Shown one piece after another: positions 62,511 to 64,000 of a DNA stretch of 64,000 bases. Numbering within the stretch: position 1 is the stretch's first letter; each line of letters begins with the position of its first letter. This DNA is from Ignavibacteria bacterium (GTDB taxonomy: Bacteria; Bacteroidota; Ignavibacteria; Tepidaquicellales; OLB5). Location of the stretch: assembly GCA_014879675.1 (NCBI GenBank), contig JACSRQ010000101.1:901-64900 (forward strand), written 5' to 3'. A program made the translations under genes and the position numbers. Under the pieces are notes generated by a model. It was not told the DNA's origin, made no database searches, and saw only the letters and a program-made list of their open reading frames with translations.

Positions 62511-63443
62511 ATGAGCATAGCATACGTTTTTCCCGGACAGGGATCGCAGTACGTGGGAATGGGATTCGACCTGTATGACACATTCCCCGAAATTAAGGAC
62601 CTTTACTCCAGGGCCGATGAAATTTTAGGTATTTCGGTATCTAAGATCAGTTTTGAAGGCCCGGAAGAGAAGTTAAAACAGACATTTATAACTCAGCCTG
62701 CAATTGTAATGCACTCGATTGCTGCAACCAGGCTTGTTAAGGGAAAAGAACCAAGCTTCTCAGCCGGACACTCACTGGGCGAGTTTTCAGCTTTGATCAA
62801 TGCCGGGGCTCTCAGCTTTGAAGATGGCTTAAAGCTTGTTCAGCTTCGGGGTGAGCTTATGCAAAAAGCCGGCGAGCAAAACAAAGGTACCATGGCTGCT
62901 ATTATTGGCATGGATACCCTTAAAGTGATCGAAGTCTGCAGGGATGCATCAGAAATGGGGATAGTACAGGTTGCCAATTTCAATTCTCCCGGCCAAATCG
63001 TAATTTCAGGCAGTATCGAAGGGGTCAGAAAGGCTATCGGGCTTGCGAAAGAACGCGGCGCAAGAATGGCGAAAGAGCTTGTGGTACACGGAGCCTTTCA
63101 CTCACCGTTAATGGAATCAGCCAAAGAGGATTTTGAAGTCGCTCTCGATTACACAGAATTCAGGAAAGTGAGAATACCAGTATATACCAATGTTCACGCC
63201 AAGCCAATCACTCAAGATACAGATCTTGAGTTTGTTAAACAGACGTTATATGACCAGTTGACTTCATCTGTTCGCTGGGATGAAAGTATAGTAAATATGA
63301 TCAGCGACGGTGCACGCGAGTTTATTGAGCTGGGTCCGGGTAAAGTGCTGCAGGGACTAATAAAGCGTATAGATAGCTCAGTGACTACCAAAGGTTTGGA
63401 TAAGGCATCAGATGTAGAAGTTATTAACAAGGTTCAGGAATAA
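62511..63443 (+). CDS. fabD: Malonyl-CoA:ACP transacylase
   Basis: 310 aa with FPGQGSQYVGMG and the GHSLGEFSA active-site serine motif. Confidence 0.95.
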   Translation: MSIAYVFPGQGSQYVGMGFDLYDTFPEIKDLYSRADEILGISVSKISFEGPEEKLKQTFITQPAIVMHSIAATRLVKGKEPSFSAGHSLGEFSALINAGALSFEDGLKLVQLRGELMQKAGEQNKGTMAAIIGMDTLKVIEVCRDASEMGIVQVANFNSPGQIVISGSIEGVRKAIGLAKERGARMAKELVVHGAFHSPLMESAKEDFEVALDYTEFRKVRIPVYTNVHAKPITQDTDLEFVKQTLYDQLTSSVRWDESIVNMISDGAREFIELGPGKVLQGLIKRIDSSVTTKGLDKASDVEVINKVQE

Positions 63444-63465
63444 GAACAATTATAATAAATCATAA

Positions 63466-64000
63466 ATGAGCGAGTTTAAAGATAAAGTTGTAATAGTCAC
63501 AGGAGGTTCACGCGGAATCGGCAAAGCTATTGCCGTTAAGTTTGCAAACGCAGGCGCAAAGGTTGTAGTTACTTACAAAAATTCCATTGAAAGTGCAGAG
63601 TTTGATGCAGCCGGTATAAAACATTCGCAGTGCGATGCATCTGTTACTTCGGATGTGCAGGCATTTGTTGACTCTGTTATAAAAGATCATGGAAGGATCG
63701 ATATACTTATCAATAACGCGGGACTCACTAAAGACGGTCTCCTGATGCGCATGAGTGAAGCCGATTGGGATGCAGTCCTGAATACAAACGCCAAAGGAGT
63801 ATTTAACTTCACAAAGGCTGTTTGCAGGCAGATGATCTCGCAGAAGCAGGGCAGGATCATCAACATCAGCTCGGTAGTTGGTATTACCGGAAATGCAGGG
63901 CAGGCTAACTATGCTGCATCAAAAGCAGCGGTAATTGGTTTCACTAAATCGATCGCCAAAGAGCTTGCATCAAGGAACATCAACGTTAACTGCATCGCTC
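63466..64000 (+). CDS. fabG: 3-oxoacyl-ACP reductase (N-terminal 178 aa; runs off window end)
   Basis: Absent from the ORF track because it has no in-window stop. Hand translation: MSEFKDKVVIVTGGSRGIGKAIA...NNAGLTKD...NYAASKAAVIGFTKS. Confidence 0.9.
   Translation, partial: MSEFKDKVVIVTGGSRGIGKAIAVKFANAGAKVVVTYKNSIESAEFDAAGIKHSQCDASVTSDVQAFVDSVIKDHGRIDILINNAGLTKDGLLMRMSEADWDAVLNTNAKGVFNFTKAVCRQMISQKQGRIINISSVVGITGNAGQANYAASKAAVIGFTKSIAKELASRNINVNCIA

Noticed and set aside
1-64000. tRNA, rRNA, tmRNA, IS elements, integrases, prophage or defence-system genes
   Set aside because: I scanned intergenic gaps and all ORFs by eye. I saw no cloverleaf-like sequences with GTTCRANNC T-loops, and no DDE, tyrosine or serine recombinase, nuclease-helicase or reverse-transcriptase signatures. 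Covariance-model scans (tRNAscan-SE, Infernal) would be needed to exclude small RNAs.

Overview
This is a 64-kb chromosomal window from an AT-rich bacterium of the FCB group. I infer an Ignavibacteria-like organism from six type IX secretion (T9SS) type-A C-terminal domains of the form ...QNYPNPFNP...KKMILVK.

I support about 63 protein genes. Two of them run off the window edges and are therefore missing from the ORF track. I found no rRNA, tRNA, CRISPR array, transposase, integrase, reverse transcriptase or recognisable phage-defence gene.

Layout:
- (1) 1-14.7 kb: mixed genes. These include adenine deaminase, a paiA/paiB-like pair, a membrane protein / HTH_34 regulator / DUF4173-like triad, tandem VOC paralogues, and a tightly packed run of DUF899, DinB, 3-hydroxyanthranilate dioxygenase, GyrI-like and ACMSD genes.
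- (2) 14.8-33.1 kb: a region rich in T9SS cargo, with six CTD-bearing secreted proteins. It also holds FKBP-kynU-kmo (the other half of a kynurenine pathway), a lipoprotein with a C-terminal sorting-like tail, and an abutting lipoprotein pair. One member of that pair has a cytochrome-c-like CX4CH domain plus a YVTN propeller. The other has two RskA-like modules.
- (3) 33.4-41.1 kb: dxr, rseP, a SerB-SerA fusion, and two CNNM/CorC paralogues flanking a small repeat protein.
- (4) 41.1-62.3 kb: a 21-kb surface-glycan locus with all genes on the minus strand. It runs from mini-Wza and Wzc to a Wzx flippase. It is dominated by sugar-tailoring enzymes: two AsnB amidotransferases, a formyltransferase, an aminotransferase, three deacetylase-like folds and two methyltransferases. 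It also has a transglutaminase-like membrane protein, but only one glycosyltransferase and no initiating transferase or Wzy.
- (5) fabD-fabG.

The best candidates for something undescribed are the lipoprotein pair (28263-30767), the atypical glycan locus and its AsnB/transglutaminase-like/PIG-L core (possibly linked to T9SS cargo anchoring), the HTH_34 triad, and the repeat microprotein between the CNNM paralogues. All family calls come from motif recognition by eye. No database search was run, so novelty is unproven.
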